DNA of 64,000 nt, taken from an uncultured Phycisphaerales bacterium. GTDB lineage: Bacteria > Planctomycetota > Phycisphaerae > Tepidisphaerales > Tepidisphaeraceae. The stretch covers positions 1,408,001-1,472,000 of the forward strand of contig CAVWLP010000002.1 of NCBI GenBank assembly GCA_963755915.1, written 5' to 3'. The translations under genes were made by a program, and so were the position numbers. The notes beneath the pieces were generated by a model, which worked only from the letters and a program-made list of their open reading frames with translations, was not told the origin of the DNA and searched no databases. Positions 20,430 through 31,156 of the stretch are shown one piece after another (the first letter of the stretch is position 1; every line of letters starts with the position of its first letter).

Positions 20430-21495
20430 AATTCGCCGCGAAAAGACGGCGATATTGGTTGAGCGTTTTTTGGGAGGAGTAGATGTTTTCGACGGTGTCG
20501 CGGGCGGCGGTGGCGATGGCATTGAATTTGTCCCACGGCGTCATCGTAAGTTCTTCTAGGCGCTGGGCGAGATGGGTCGGGTCATTGGGCCGGAATTTGA
20601 AGCCATTCATATTGTCCTGCACGATGGCGCCAGGCCCGGCGGAATCGGGCACCAAAACGGCGAGATTGGCGGCCATCGCCTCAAGGATTACCAGGCCGAA
20701 GGGTTCTTCAGGGCAGGTGTGGAGGAAAAGGTCGGCGTGGGTCATGTGATTGGGGATGTCGGAACTGTAGCCGGCGAATTGGACGTTGGGATGAGCGGTT
20801 GCGGCGCGGGCCTTGAGGGCGTCGAACTCGCCGCCGGTGCCGTAGATCGTGAAGGTGATTTCGCGGAGCTTCGGCGAGCCGCGGTCGAGGGCGTCAAGGA
20901 CCAGGCCGACGCGTTTCATGGGGTCGATCCGGCAGACGATAATTACGTTGCGAATTCCCAGCACGCCATACGGCGGCCGCTTCGGGGCGGCGGCGATGCG
21001 CTCGGCGGGTAGGGCGTTGGGGATGACTTCGATCAGGTCGGCGCGGGTGCCAAAGTCGATCAATTTTTGTTTGGTCCAATCGGAGACGGCGATGAATTTA
21101 ACGCCGGTGTGGTTGAGCCATTTTTTTCGGCCGTAAGAGTGCAGGTCGCTCGAGCCGCCGTGGACGATCTGGAAATGGTTGATTCGCCGGCGGTAGAGGA
21201 GGTTGAGGGCAAGGCAAACGCCGGAATGCATCACGCCGGTGGCAACGAAGACCATCGAATCATATTTTTTCAGCATCGGCCGGAGTGATTTGGCGAATGC
21301 TTTGGCGCCGCGAAATCGGCACGCTTCGAAGCTGAGCTTTTCGGCTTCATCCATCGCCGGGCCGGGAGGACCGAAGAGGATCGGTTCGAATTCGTCCTTG
21401 AGGCCTACGGAAGTGTCGAGGGCGACGCGCTCGGTGCCGTGAAGCTTGCTGCTGTGCAGGATGTAGAGAAGGGGTGTGCGTGCGGTAGGGGGCAT
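20392..21495 (-). CDS. GT4 family glycosyltransferase (paralog 4)
   Basis: LHSSKLHGTER N-terminus; EPFGLVILEAMA; the 3' end runs into the REP, so the true stop may be earlier. Confidence 0.9.
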   Translation of the reverse strand: MPPTARTPLLYILHSSKLHGTERVALDTSVGLKDEFEPILFGPPGPAMDEAEKLSFEACRFRGAKAFAKSLRPMLKKYDSMVFVATGVMHSGVCLALNLLYRRRINHFQIVHGGSSDLHSYGRKKWLNHTGVKFIAVSDWTKQKLIDFGTRADLIEVIPNALPAERIAAAPKRPPYGVLGIRNVIIVCRIDPMKRVGLVLDALDRGSPKLREITFTIYGTGGEFDALKARAATAHPNVQFAGYSSDIPNHMTHADLFLHTCPEEPFGLVILEAMAANLAVLVPDSAGPGAIVQDNMNGFKFRPNDPTHLAQRLEELTMTPWDKFNAIATAARDTVENIYSSQKTLNQYRRLFAANSSLSQYSGRGQG

Positions 21496-21519
21496 CGAAT
21501 GAAAGGCAGATGATAACGA

Positions 21520-22681
21520 TCAATCAGGCGTGAACAATCGGCGGTATTGATTGATCGAGACTTCGCCGGAGAATCGCTCGTCGCACGACTGCCGCGCGGC
21601 CAGGGCAATGCGATTGAGGAGGCTGGCGGGAGCGTTTTTCAGTTCAATCAGCCGCTGGGCAAGATGGGCCGCATCATTGGCGTGAAAGGTGAAACCGGTT
21701 TGATTTTCGGTGACGAGGGTGGCGGTGCCGCCCTGGTCGGGGACGAGGCAAACGAGGTTGAGCTCCATCGCTTCGAGGACGGCCAGGCCGAAGGCTTCGA
21801 CCGGGCACGTGTGCAGCAGCAGGTCGGATTTGGATAAGTGCGCCGAAACATTGTCGACATAGCCCGCGAAATGGACGTTGGGATGGGTCTGGGCGGCGCG
21901 GTCGCGGAGGCGGTCCAGGTCGGGGCCCCAGCCGTAAACGGTGAAATCCAGATCATTCAGCTCGGGGCCGCGGAGATCCAGGGCATCCAGCAGAAGATCG
22001 ACGCGCTTGGGCGGATCGACGCGGGAGACTATGGCTACCGATCGGACGCCGTCGCCGTCATAGCGCGGGCGACGGATCATGGCGTCGAGCTGCGCGGGTC
22101 AGGAAATTGCCCACCACGGCGATCCGATCCGGGCGCACGCCGTGGTGGATCATTCGGTCCCTCGCATACTCGGAGACAGTGATGAAGGTCGTGTCGAAAT
22201 TGTTGAATCGGTGCAGGGTGGCGAGGTCTTTCTGCTCGTTGCCGCCGCCGTGGATCATCTGGATGTTTTGGACCCGCCGGCGATAGAAGACGTTGATCGC
22301 GATGCAGATGGCCGAATAGCGCGGCAGGGTGGAGACGAAAGTGAACGATTCAAATTGCCGCAGGAGCTGGATCAGTAGCTTGATGAGCTGGGGAATCGTT
22401 TGAAATGAGCGGGTTTCGAATCCGAGTTGCCGGGCGGCGTCCAAGGCGGGGCCGCTGGGGCCGATGAAGATGAAATCGAAATCCTTTGCGAGTCCCACGG
22501 CCGTCGCCAAAGCCATGCGCTCGGTGCCATACATTTCACTGCTGTGCAGGGCGTAGACGAGAGTGGGGCGGAGCCGGAGGGATTCTCGCGCCGCATCAGA
22601 CCGGGGCGTAGAGCTTGCGATATCGCCGGAGTGCGGCGTCGGCAGAGTAGTCGGATTGGACCTTAGCAACTGCATTGGCAA
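21520..22681 (-). CDS. GT4 family glycosyltransferase (paralog 3), frameshift near 22085
   Basis: LHSSEMYGTER in the 22681 frame; EAFGLAVLEAME in the 22080 frame. Confidence 0.87.
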
Positions 22682-23660
22682 CCATTCGATTCAGCAGCTC
22701 GGCCGGCGCGTCTTTCAGTTCGACGAGTCGTCGGGCGAGGTCGGCGGCGTCGTCTGCCCGGTACGTGAAGCCGCTGACACCATCCTGCACGAGCGTGGCG
22801 GTGCCGCCCTTGTCCGGGACCAGCGTCGCCAGGTTCGCACCCATCGCTTCCAGAACGGCCAGCCCGAAAGTCTCGTACGCGCAGGTGTGTACGAGCAGAT
22901 CGGCCTTGGCCATTTCACCGGCGACGTCGTTTGTGAAGCCGGCGAACGTGACGTTTGGATGGGTGCGAGAAGCCCGCTCCTTTAACTTTTCAAACTCGGG
23001 ACCGACACCGAATATCCGGAACGACGTGTCGGACAATTCCCGCTGCCGGATATCGAGTGCATCGAGCAGCAGGTCCACCCGCTTTAGATGATCGATACGT
23101 GAAACCAGGATGAAATTTCGCGTACCGTTGGAAGTATACCCGCGCCGGCGCGGCGTGTGCAGAATCTGATCGGGCGTCAGGAAGTCGCCAACGACTTCGA
23201 CGCTATTCGTAACTCGATTATCTATAAGCTTTTGCTTTGACCATTCGGAGACGACGACGAAGGTAATATTCCAAAAATTGAGGACCTTTTTCCGGGCGTA
23301 GTCCTTGTCAATTCCAGACCCTCCGTGCAAAAGCTGAATTTGCCGAATATTGCGTCGAAAAAAGACGTTCAGAGCGATGCAGACTAGGTTGTAGCGAGGG
23401 CCGGTGCCGACGAAAGTGAGGGAGGGATAGTGGCGGAGCAGCGGAATCAGCACCTTAGCCAGGTCGATGCTGCTGCGATACTCGCGGGTCTGGAAGCCAA
23501 GCCGCCGGGCTTCCTCCAGCGCCGGCCCCGGTGGTCCGATAAAAATCGTTTCGAATTCGTCGTTCAATCCCAGCGCCGTGGCCAGCGCCATCCGCTCGGT
23601 CCCATAAAGATTGCTGCTGTGGAGGACGAGGAGGATGGGATGGCGGGGGGCCGTTGCCAT
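22596..23660 (-). CDS. GT4 family glycosyltransferase (paralog 2)
   Basis: LHSSNLYGTER; ETFGLAVLEAMG. Confidence 0.92.
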   Translation of the reverse strand: MATAPRHPILLVLHSSNLYGTERMALATALGLNDEFETIFIGPPGPALEEARRLGFQTREYRSSIDLAKVLIPLLRHYPSLTFVGTGPRYNLVCIALNVFFRRNIRQIQLLHGGSGIDKDYARKKVLNFWNITFVVVSEWSKQKLIDNRVTNSVEVVGDFLTPDQILHTPRRRGYTSNGTRNFILVSRIDHLKRVDLLLDALDIRQRELSDTSFRIFGVGPEFEKLKERASRTHPNVTFAGFTNDVAGEMAKADLLVHTCAYETFGLAVLEAMGANLATLVPDKGGTATLVQDGVSGFTYRADDAADLARRLVELKDAPAELLNRMVANAVAKVQSDYSADAALRRYRKLYAPV

Positions 23661-23662
23661 AT

Positions 23663-24742
23663 CTATGGAGAGTCTATCGGCGCAAAGGCCTTGCGATACT
23701 CTTCCAGAGATGTTGCGGCGGAAAGGGTGGTCTCCAGTGTCCCCGCAGCGGCGTCGACGACGCGGTTGAGCACTGCCGGGTCGGCAGAACGAAGCTCGAT
23801 CAATTTTTTCGCCAGGTCGGCGGCGTCTCCGGCGCGGTATTTGAATCCGGTGACCCCCTCCTCGATGAACGATGCCGGCCCCCCCTGGTCCGGAACCAGC
23901 ACGGGAATGTGGGCGGCCATCGCTTCGATGACAACCAGGCCAAAGGCCTCCGTCGGGCAGGTATGCACCAGCAGGTCCGACTGGGCAAATCGCTCCTGAA
24001 GGTCATGCGTGAATCCCAGCACGTTGATGTGGGGATTCCTGGTTTGCGCCCGGTGGCAAAGAGCTTCGAGCGCAGGTCCGTCCCCGACAATATCGATGGG
24101 AAAATCGCGCAGCTCGGGGGCCCCTTCGGCTGCGTCGAAAAGAAGATCGAACCGTTTGACCGGAACCAGCCGGCCGGCCGAAATCGCCTTGGTCACGCCG
24201 CCGGTAAAAAGCCCCCGCCGCGGCCGGGCCGCGATTTCCGCCGGCAGCAGAAAATTCGCCGCCACCTCCACCCGGTCGGCCCGAAACCCATGCTCGATCA
24301 GCCGCTGTTTCACATACTGCGACACCGCCACGATGCGCACGTCCAACGGATTCAGATAGCGGATCCCGCCGAAGTCCTTTTCCTCCTGGCAGCTTCCATG
24401 CAACACGTACACGTGGCGGATTTGCCGGCGGTACATCACGTTCAGCGCCTTGCACATGATTGTGTAGCGCGGCAGCGTCGAGGCGACCGTCAGCGACGAA
24501 TACGTCTGCAGCAGAAGCCGCAGCGCCTGGAGCAGCGCCTTGGTGGTCTGGAAGTAATGCGTTTCATATCCCTGCCGCTCGGCTTCCCACATTGCCGGCC
24601 CGCGCGGACCCAGGAAAATCGTTTTGAATTCGGGGGGAAGCCCCGCCGCCGTGGCGAGGGCCATGCGCTCGGTGCCGTACATTTCGCTGCTGTGCAATAT
24701 GTACAAAACGGGGTGAGGCTGATTCACCGATGGGTTGTACAA
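23663..24742 (-). CDS. GT4 family glycosyltransferase (paralog 1)
   Basis: LHSSEMYGTER; GRLVPVKR; EAFGLVVIEAMA. Confidence 0.92.
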   Translation of the reverse strand: MYNPSVNQPHPVLYILHSSEMYGTERMALATAAGLPPEFKTIFLGPRGPAMWEAERQGYETHYFQTTKALLQALRLLLQTYSSLTVASTLPRYTIMCKALNVMYRRQIRHVYVLHGSCQEEKDFGGIRYLNPLDVRIVAVSQYVKQRLIEHGFRADRVEVAANFLLPAEIAARPRRGLFTGGVTKAISAGRLVPVKRFDLLFDAAEGAPELRDFPIDIVGDGPALEALCHRAQTRNPHINVLGFTHDLQERFAQSDLLVHTCPTEAFGLVVIEAMAAHIPVLVPDQGGPASFIEEGVTGFKYRAGDAADLAKKLIELRSADPAVLNRVVDAAAGTLETTLSAATSLEEYRKAFAPIDSP

Positions 24743-24896
24743 ATTTTCAACCTCTTGTATTCATTTGTGGTCGTCAATTGTTTCGCGTCTCCATTCTCGT
24801 GCGGGCGGAGTTATACGGGGGCGGAGAGACGATACAAGCGCGAAAACAACGATACTTCAAAAATAAAAATGGTGAATGAAGCGTAGATGAAACCGT

Positions 24897-26830
24897 TCAG
24901 AATGGGAGCGACTGATCCATCCAGTCGTCATTCCGGAGCACTTGCTTCCGGTTGAACCTCGCCAGCCGCTCCGCGCGGGCCTGCGCGATGGCGATCAGCC
25001 GGGCCGCGTCGATGGCGCGCCAACTGTTTCGAAGTCTTGGGACATGGCGGACGAACACATCGTCCTGCGCAGGCGAACATCTGGCGCACCCGGGGTCTCC
25101 CTGCCGGGCCGCGCGCCGAAAAGCTGCCGATCGACGCGCCCGGAGCCGTGCGGCTCGGTTGCAATCACATGAAGCCCGCCAAGTTCCGCCACCCCTCGGC
25201 CAAGCTTAATGTCGGTCCCGCGGCCCGCCATGTTGGTGGCCACGGTGATTTTCCCCTGCTGCCCCGCCTCCATCACAATCGACGCCTCCTGCGCCGTTTG
25301 CGTTGCGTTAAGAACCCGATGCAGCTTCCCCTTGTCCGCGAATCGCCGGCTCAGCTCCTCCGACGCGATCACGCTGCGCGTTCCCACCAGCACCGGAGCG
25401 CCGGTTTCGTTGATCTCGCACACCCGCTCCACCACCGCGTCGTATTTCTGCTCCAGCGTGTCGAACATCCGCAAAGGCAGATGCTTGCGAATGCACGGCT
25501 TGTTGGTGGGGATGCGCACCATCGGCCGGCGGTAAATCTGCCACGTCTCGTTGCGGGCCTCCCATGCCGTGCCGGTCATGCCCGCCATGATGGGATATTG
25601 CCGGAAAAATCGCTGAAAGCTCAGGCGGGCGAGGTTTTCCTTGTCGGCGGTCACCGGAACGGTCTCCTTCACCTCGATCGCCTGGTGCAGCCCGTGACGC
25701 CAGGAACGGTCCGCCAGCACGCGGCCGGTGAACTCGTCGATGATCTGAACCTTATGGTCAGCCGTTACAAGATAATGCTCCCCCCGCGTGAAGCAGTGAT
25801 GCGCCGAAAGGGCCTGCACGACAAGCTCCTCGCGGCGCCGTTTCCCCTGCCAGAAGCCGTCGTCCCCTTCGCAGAGAACGTCAAGCTGCTCCTCGCCGCG
25901 CGGGGTGAGATCGACCTGGCGAAGCGTCCAGTCGATCTTGAAATCCCGCCCCGCTTTAAGCTGGATCGCCAGCGAGTCGGCACGCTCGTAAAGCGAGGCG
26001 TTGCCCTCTTCTTCCGGCGCGTTTGAAATAATCAACGGCGTAACCCCTTCGTCGATCAGCAGGCTGTCCGCTTCGTCCACGATCACCTTCCAAAGCCCCG
26101 GCACCATCAGCGGGCTTCGCTGGCTGCCCGCCATCAACATCCCCACCACGGTTTGCGTCGAGGAACGCAGATTCCCCAATGCGATCTGATCGCGAAGAAA
26201 ATCCGCGACCAGCTCCTTGCTGGTAACGTAAACGACATTACGGCGATAGTGATCGTAACGCTCGCTGGGGTTGGTCTCATGAATGACATGCCCGACCGTC
26301 AATCCCAGCATCCGGTAAACCGGCCCCATTTCCTCCGCGTCGCGGCCGACGAGATAGTCGTTCACCGTGATGATGTGCACAGGCTTCCCGTGCCAGGCCC
26401 ACACGGCCGCGGCCAGGGACGCGGTCAGGGTTTTGCCCTCACCCGTCGCCATTTCGGCGATGAGGCCTTCCATCATCGCCAGCGCGCCGGCGAGCTGCAC
26501 CGGAAACGGCCGCAAGCCGATCGCCCGCAGCGCCGCTTCCCGCGCGACCGCCATCGCCCGGTCCAGCGCCTCCCCCTGAAGTTGCCCAAGCCTGGCCAGA
26601 TCACGGGCCGCGGAAACTTCATCGCCAAATTTCTGCGCCCCCAGGTTGTGAATCTCCGGCTCAAGCTTTTCGATGCGATTGGCCTGCTCCATCAGTCGCG
26701 CCAGAACCCGGCGCTTGTTAACCGCCCATCCCACGATTCCGCTGAAGAACTGATCGAGCCCGCGAAGTTCGGGGTGCTTCACCCGTCGGGCGTCGAATAT
26801 GGACCAGAGATCATCGGAGGCGACAGACAT
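24897..26830 (-). CDS. Short secondary SecA-like (SecA_DEAD) ATPase, about 645 aa; frameshifts near 25080-25115
   Basis: EMATGEGKT, TVNDYL..RD, IVDEADSLLIDE, GMTGTA, ATNMAGRGTDI, RVDRQLFG; alternative frame ends ...DDWMDQSLPF* at 24897; no wing domain or long C-terminus. Confidence 0.9.
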
Positions 26831-26843
26831 GATATCTAAGCGA

Positions 26844-29057
26844 TTAGAGCCACTTTCCCGTGTCGTGTGCCTGGAAGAGCTGGAGGAATTTGTTCCGCCA
26901 CTGCCAGAAGAGCGTCTCGCGGTCGAGCGTCAGCCGGACGTACGCCCTCTGGCCGGGCAGGATTTGCTGATCTTGATTGTCGAGCTTCACCCACGCTTCG
27001 AAGGTCGGCATCTGGGTGCGCACGCCGTTGGGATCGTGCGGATCGACCTGGATATCCTCACCCCCCGTGGAACCCAGCGAGGGGTGAACCAGTTCGGTGA
27101 CGGCGGCAGGGGGGAGCGTGAGCGCGCCGCCGGAGATCGTCTGATCGAGCATCCCCGCCAGCCGCACTTCAACCTTCACGCGGTCGAAGGGAACGGGCCG
27201 GATCAATTCAAAATCCTTCTGATCGATATCCCCCTTGATGACCAGCTTATCGAGCACCGCCACCCGGCCGATCTCCTGCCCGCGCTGGACAAAGGTGTTC
27301 GGCAATTCATGAAGGTTTGGCGCGATCAGCCGGCCCGCGAACGGGGCCGTGATCGTCAGGTCCGCGCTTCGCCGCTGATCGTCTTTGAACTTGGTGGCCC
27401 ACGCCTTCAGGTCGTCCGTGTCCTTGATATATTCGATCTGGTCCTCGACGCTGTCCTGACGCATCTTGATGGTGATCTCACGGATCATCGCATCGTCGGT
27501 GGCCAGGTCTTTCTTCACGTCGAGGTCTTCAAGCTTGAGGATAACGTCGCCGGCGTTTATCGCCTGTCCGTCCTCCGCCAGGACAGCGACAACGTGCCCG
27601 GAGGCGGCCGCCCGCAAATCGCCGCTCTGTGCGACGCCTTGCGAATTCACCGGATCATCCGGCTGCACCATCCCCGCAAATTCAACGTGAACCGGCAACC
27701 GAAGCTGGAAAATCAGCAGCGCCACGATGGCCGCCACCGCCACGCTAAAGCCAATCGCCCGCTTGCGCTTGCGATGCAGCTCCGGATCCAGGGCAAGGTA
27801 TTTCACGAGCTGGAACAGCGGGACGCATCCCCAGGTGACGATGCCGCCGATCGCCATCAGCACGCCCACCACCGGCACCTTGTCGAACACCACAACCACG
27901 ATCATGATGCCGATGAAGACGCGATAAATGCTGCTCGCGATGGAGTAGGTCAACAGCCAGATCCGCTGCCCAAAAGGCGGTAGCGGCTGCGAAAGCTTCA
28001 TCCGGAAAATATGCCGCTTGATCAGGCCCAGGGCGTATTCCGTGCTCTTCTGGCGCAGGTTGGGGATTTCCAGAAGGTCAGACAAAATGTAGTAGCCGTC
28101 GTAGCGCAGCAGGGGGTTGGCGTTGAAGATAACCGTCGAAACGCTGGCGACGAACATCGCGTTATACGCAAGCTGCTTGACGAGCGGATACGCCGCCGCG
28201 TTCGTTCCCGCCCAGACAAATGCGAACAGTGACGCCACGAACAGTTCGACGATCATCCCCGCGGCGCCGACGAATACGCGCTCCCATTTGCTCGGGAACG
28301 ACCAGGCCGTCGACGCATCGACAAACGGCGTGGGCACCAGAACCAGCAGCATCAGCCCCAGCTCATGCACCTCTCCGCCAAATCGCCGGCACGCGAACGC
28401 GTGACCCAATTCGTGGATCAGCTTGATGACGACGAACGTGCCATAAAGAAGAAACAGGTTTTCAAAATTGTGCTGAAAATCGAGGGCCGAGCCGGCTTCG
28501 GCCTTGAGCTGGTCCCACTGCGGCAGGACCGTCATCAGGGCCAGCCCGACAACGATCAGCCAGATGATGGCTCCGACCCTGCCGAAGATCATGCGGGCCA
28601 GGGGCATCCACCGGCACAGGAAATTGTCCGGGTCCCACAGCCGGATGCGCGGGAACAGCACGTTCATCAGCCGGTTCTGCATCTTCTGCTGCACCAGCTT
28701 CTTATGCCGCCGCAAAAGCACCATCGCATCGGGCGTGATGTTGGTTTCCAGCAGATTGGCCGCGTAGAGCTGGCTGAGAACGTGGATCACTTCCGGCTGC
28801 GTCGGCGCGTCGTCGGCAAGCTGACCGCCAACCAGGTCCCACGCCTGCTGCACGCTCTTTCGCCCGTCAAGCAGGCCGACGAACCGATACGCGGCGTCGC
28901 TGAGCCGGTGGAACTGGTTCCCCGCCGGATCGCGCACGACATACCACCGGTCGCCGCGATAATACTGGCGCGAAACCTGCGCCCCGGCCCGAAGCCGCGG
29001 TTTAAGGTCCGCGACGCGGTACCATGATTCCGAAAATGTGGGTCTGAGCTGAAGCAT
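26844..29057 (-). CDS. PqqD-like domain + M50 site-2 protease + HlyD-type adaptor fusion
   Basis: HELGH and NPLLRYDG motifs in TM region; N-terminal DPAGNQFHRLSDAAYRFVGLLDG; lipoyl hairpin (GDVILKLED; ITAPFAG). Confidence 0.85.
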   Translation of the reverse strand: MLQLRPTFSESWYRVADLKPRLRAGAQVSRQYYRGDRWYVVRDPAGNQFHRLSDAAYRFVGLLDGRKSVQQAWDLVGGQLADDAPTQPEVIHVLSQLYAANLLETNITPDAMVLLRRHKKLVQQKMQNRLMNVLFPRIRLWDPDNFLCRWMPLARMIFGRVGAIIWLIVVGLALMTVLPQWDQLKAEAGSALDFQHNFENLFLLYGTFVVIKLIHELGHAFACRRFGGEVHELGLMLLVLVPTPFVDASTAWSFPSKWERVFVGAAGMIVELFVASLFAFVWAGTNAAAYPLVKQLAYNAMFVASVSTVIFNANPLLRYDGYYILSDLLEIPNLRQKSTEYALGLIKRHIFRMKLSQPLPPFGQRIWLLTYSIASSIYRVFIGIMIVVVVFDKVPVVGVLMAIGGIVTWGCVPLFQLVKYLALDPELHRKRKRAIGFSVAVAAIVALLIFQLRLPVHVEFAGMVQPDDPVNSQGVAQSGDLRAAASGHVVAVLAEDGQAINAGDVILKLEDLDVKKDLATDDAMIREITIKMRQDSVEDQIEYIKDTDDLKAWATKFKDDQRRSADLTITAPFAGRLIAPNLHELPNTFVQRGQEIGRVAVLDKLVIKGDIDQKDFELIRPVPFDRVKVEVRLAGMLDQTISGGALTLPPAAVTELVHPSLGSTGGEDIQVDPHDPNGVRTQMPTFEAWVKLDNQDQQILPGQRAYVRLTLDRETLFWQWRNKFLQLFQAHDTGKWL

Positions 29058-29087
29058 CTAAAATTGCCCCGCGACCTGATCGCGAAA

Positions 29088-31006
29088 TTACATCCAAAGC
29101 TTGAACTGCAGATACTCGACAAACTTGTGCGTCCAGATCCACAGCAGGGAACGATGCGCGATATCGACGTGCGCGTACCCCGCCATGCCGGGGTTCCACG
29201 TCGGCGAGGACTGCTTCATCGTCCCATAGACCGTGAACTTGTTGTCCCCGTCCTTGGTTTCCCCCAGCGGGACAACACGGTCGATGATGAAACCATATTT
29301 TTCCGTCGGCAGTGCGGTGGTGGCCAGCTCGCCGGGCTGGCCGGGTTTCAGATATTGTGCGTCCCCTTCGCTGACCGTGATCTTGGCGCGAAGCCCGGTG
29401 TCGGCGGCGATGGTGAAGAGGTCGTCCCCCTCCTTCTTCATCGCGTTGCGCTGATCGACGAGATCGCCCGACAGAATCACCCCGTTAAACGGCGCCCGGA
29501 CCGTCCCGCGGTCGATCTTCTCCTGGTCTTCCTGCGCCTCGGCGTTTGCCCTTTCGATTTCCTGTTCGGCCGCGTCGGCCTCCGACTGCTTGCCCTGGGC
29601 GGTGTAGCTCATCCATTCGGCTTTGGCCTTGCGCATGTCGTCTTCATGGGCGTTGAGATCGAGCTGGAGGTCGAACGTCTTCATCGTCAGCAGCACCTGC
29701 CCCTTGGTGACGTAATCGCCCGGCAGAACCTTAACGTCGTCGATCTGCCCGTCGAAGGGAACCTGAAGTTTTCGCTTATCGACCGCGTCAAATTCGAACG
29801 GCGCGATCACGTGATACATCGGGCGATAAACGCTGATGAAAAGCAGCAGCAGCACGCCGAGCACCACCAGCACCTTCGCCAGCGTGTGCTGCGGGCCGAC
29901 GACTTTCTTGCCAAGCTCCTCCAGGCTCAGGCCGGCTTTGGTGATGAGCCAGCGGTCGTTCTGATAGCGGTCAAAAAGCTGCGGAGCCAAAAGATCCACG
30001 GCCACCGACAGCCCGGTCGAGGCCTGCTGCGAAAGCTTGTGCGTCGAGGGGAATTCCAGCGTCACCGCGCCGACGACATCCGCCCGCCGGCGAAGCGGCA
30101 GCGTCAGTACGACGTTTCCGCCTTCAGCGCGGGACAGATCCTGCGCCGCCCGGCTCACATTCTGCGTCCCGCCACCCTGTGGCTCAAAATGCACCGGCTC
30201 TTCCTGGTCGATGCATTCTTCCATCGCTTTTTCCAGCGTCTTGACCAGCTCCTGCCGCTTGTCGAATTGCTCGGTGTGCGAAAGAGCCTTCACTTCCACG
30301 TCCTGACTCTTCTTCATCCACCCCAGCGCCACCCGCGTCGCCCCGGTGCGGGTGGCCAATTCATTGCACAGATTCATCGCCGCCGACTGGAACCCCTCAG
30401 CCGTGGCGACCGCCGTCGCGAGCTGCAACACGTGCTGGTGCGACTGCGCCACGATCTGCGACTGCTCGTTCTGCCGGCGAAGCGTGAACAGATCGAAATA
30501 TCCGGCAACAAGGTTCATCGACATCAGCCGCTGCTGGGCGCGCCTCAAATCCAGCAGCTCGCGTGATGACCGCCGTAACCGCCACCACCTGCGCCGGCAC
30601 GCTCCGCAGCGTCGTGATCAGGCAAAACAGCGGCTCGATTCCCGTGCCCCCTTCCCCCGTATTCAACTCGATAATCGCCCCTTCTTTCCCCTGGCTCAGC
30701 GTCTGCTTGATCAGCCGCTGAAACTCCGCCGCCGCCGCGGCTCGCTTCTCGGGGGGGCTGTTGTCGGTGCGAATGTGCTCGATCAGCTTCAGCGTCGGCT
30801 CTTTGGGGTCCTGCGAGGGCTCGACCAGAAATGCCGCGGCCTCAGTCGCCGGCCACCATCACCATCTGCGCCTTGAGAATCCCCTTGATGAACTCCGGCA
30901 GACTGTCGCCCGCCATCAGCAGGTGCTGAACCAGGCCCGAAAGGGAAGACCCCTGCGCCTGCAACGACTTTTCCGAGCCTTGTGATTCAACAATTCCTTG
31001 TGCCAC
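29088..31006 (-). CDS. GAF-domain / HlyD-family periplasmic adaptor (frameshifts in 5' third)
   Basis: GTG at 31006 (VAQGIVESQ..); GAF-like LCNELATRTGATRVALG..LTLPL..VGAVTLE; TM; PFDGQI..VLPGDYV; VRAPFNGVI. Confidence 0.8.
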
Positions 31007-31156
31007 ACGTCACCTGCAAGGGTCTGAACATTTCAGATCAATTCGGCCCCAAGGCTCCCGATTCATCGAGAATTTGGAAGTCCGATATCCAGCAAAAGAC
31101 AAATTTATTTCCGGCCAGCAATAGTCCCGCTACCTGTCAAAATCTCCCAGCAGAGC

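Noticed and set aside
24897-26830. Housekeeping secA
   Set aside because: Too short, lacks wing and C-terminal domains, and sits in an accessory operon
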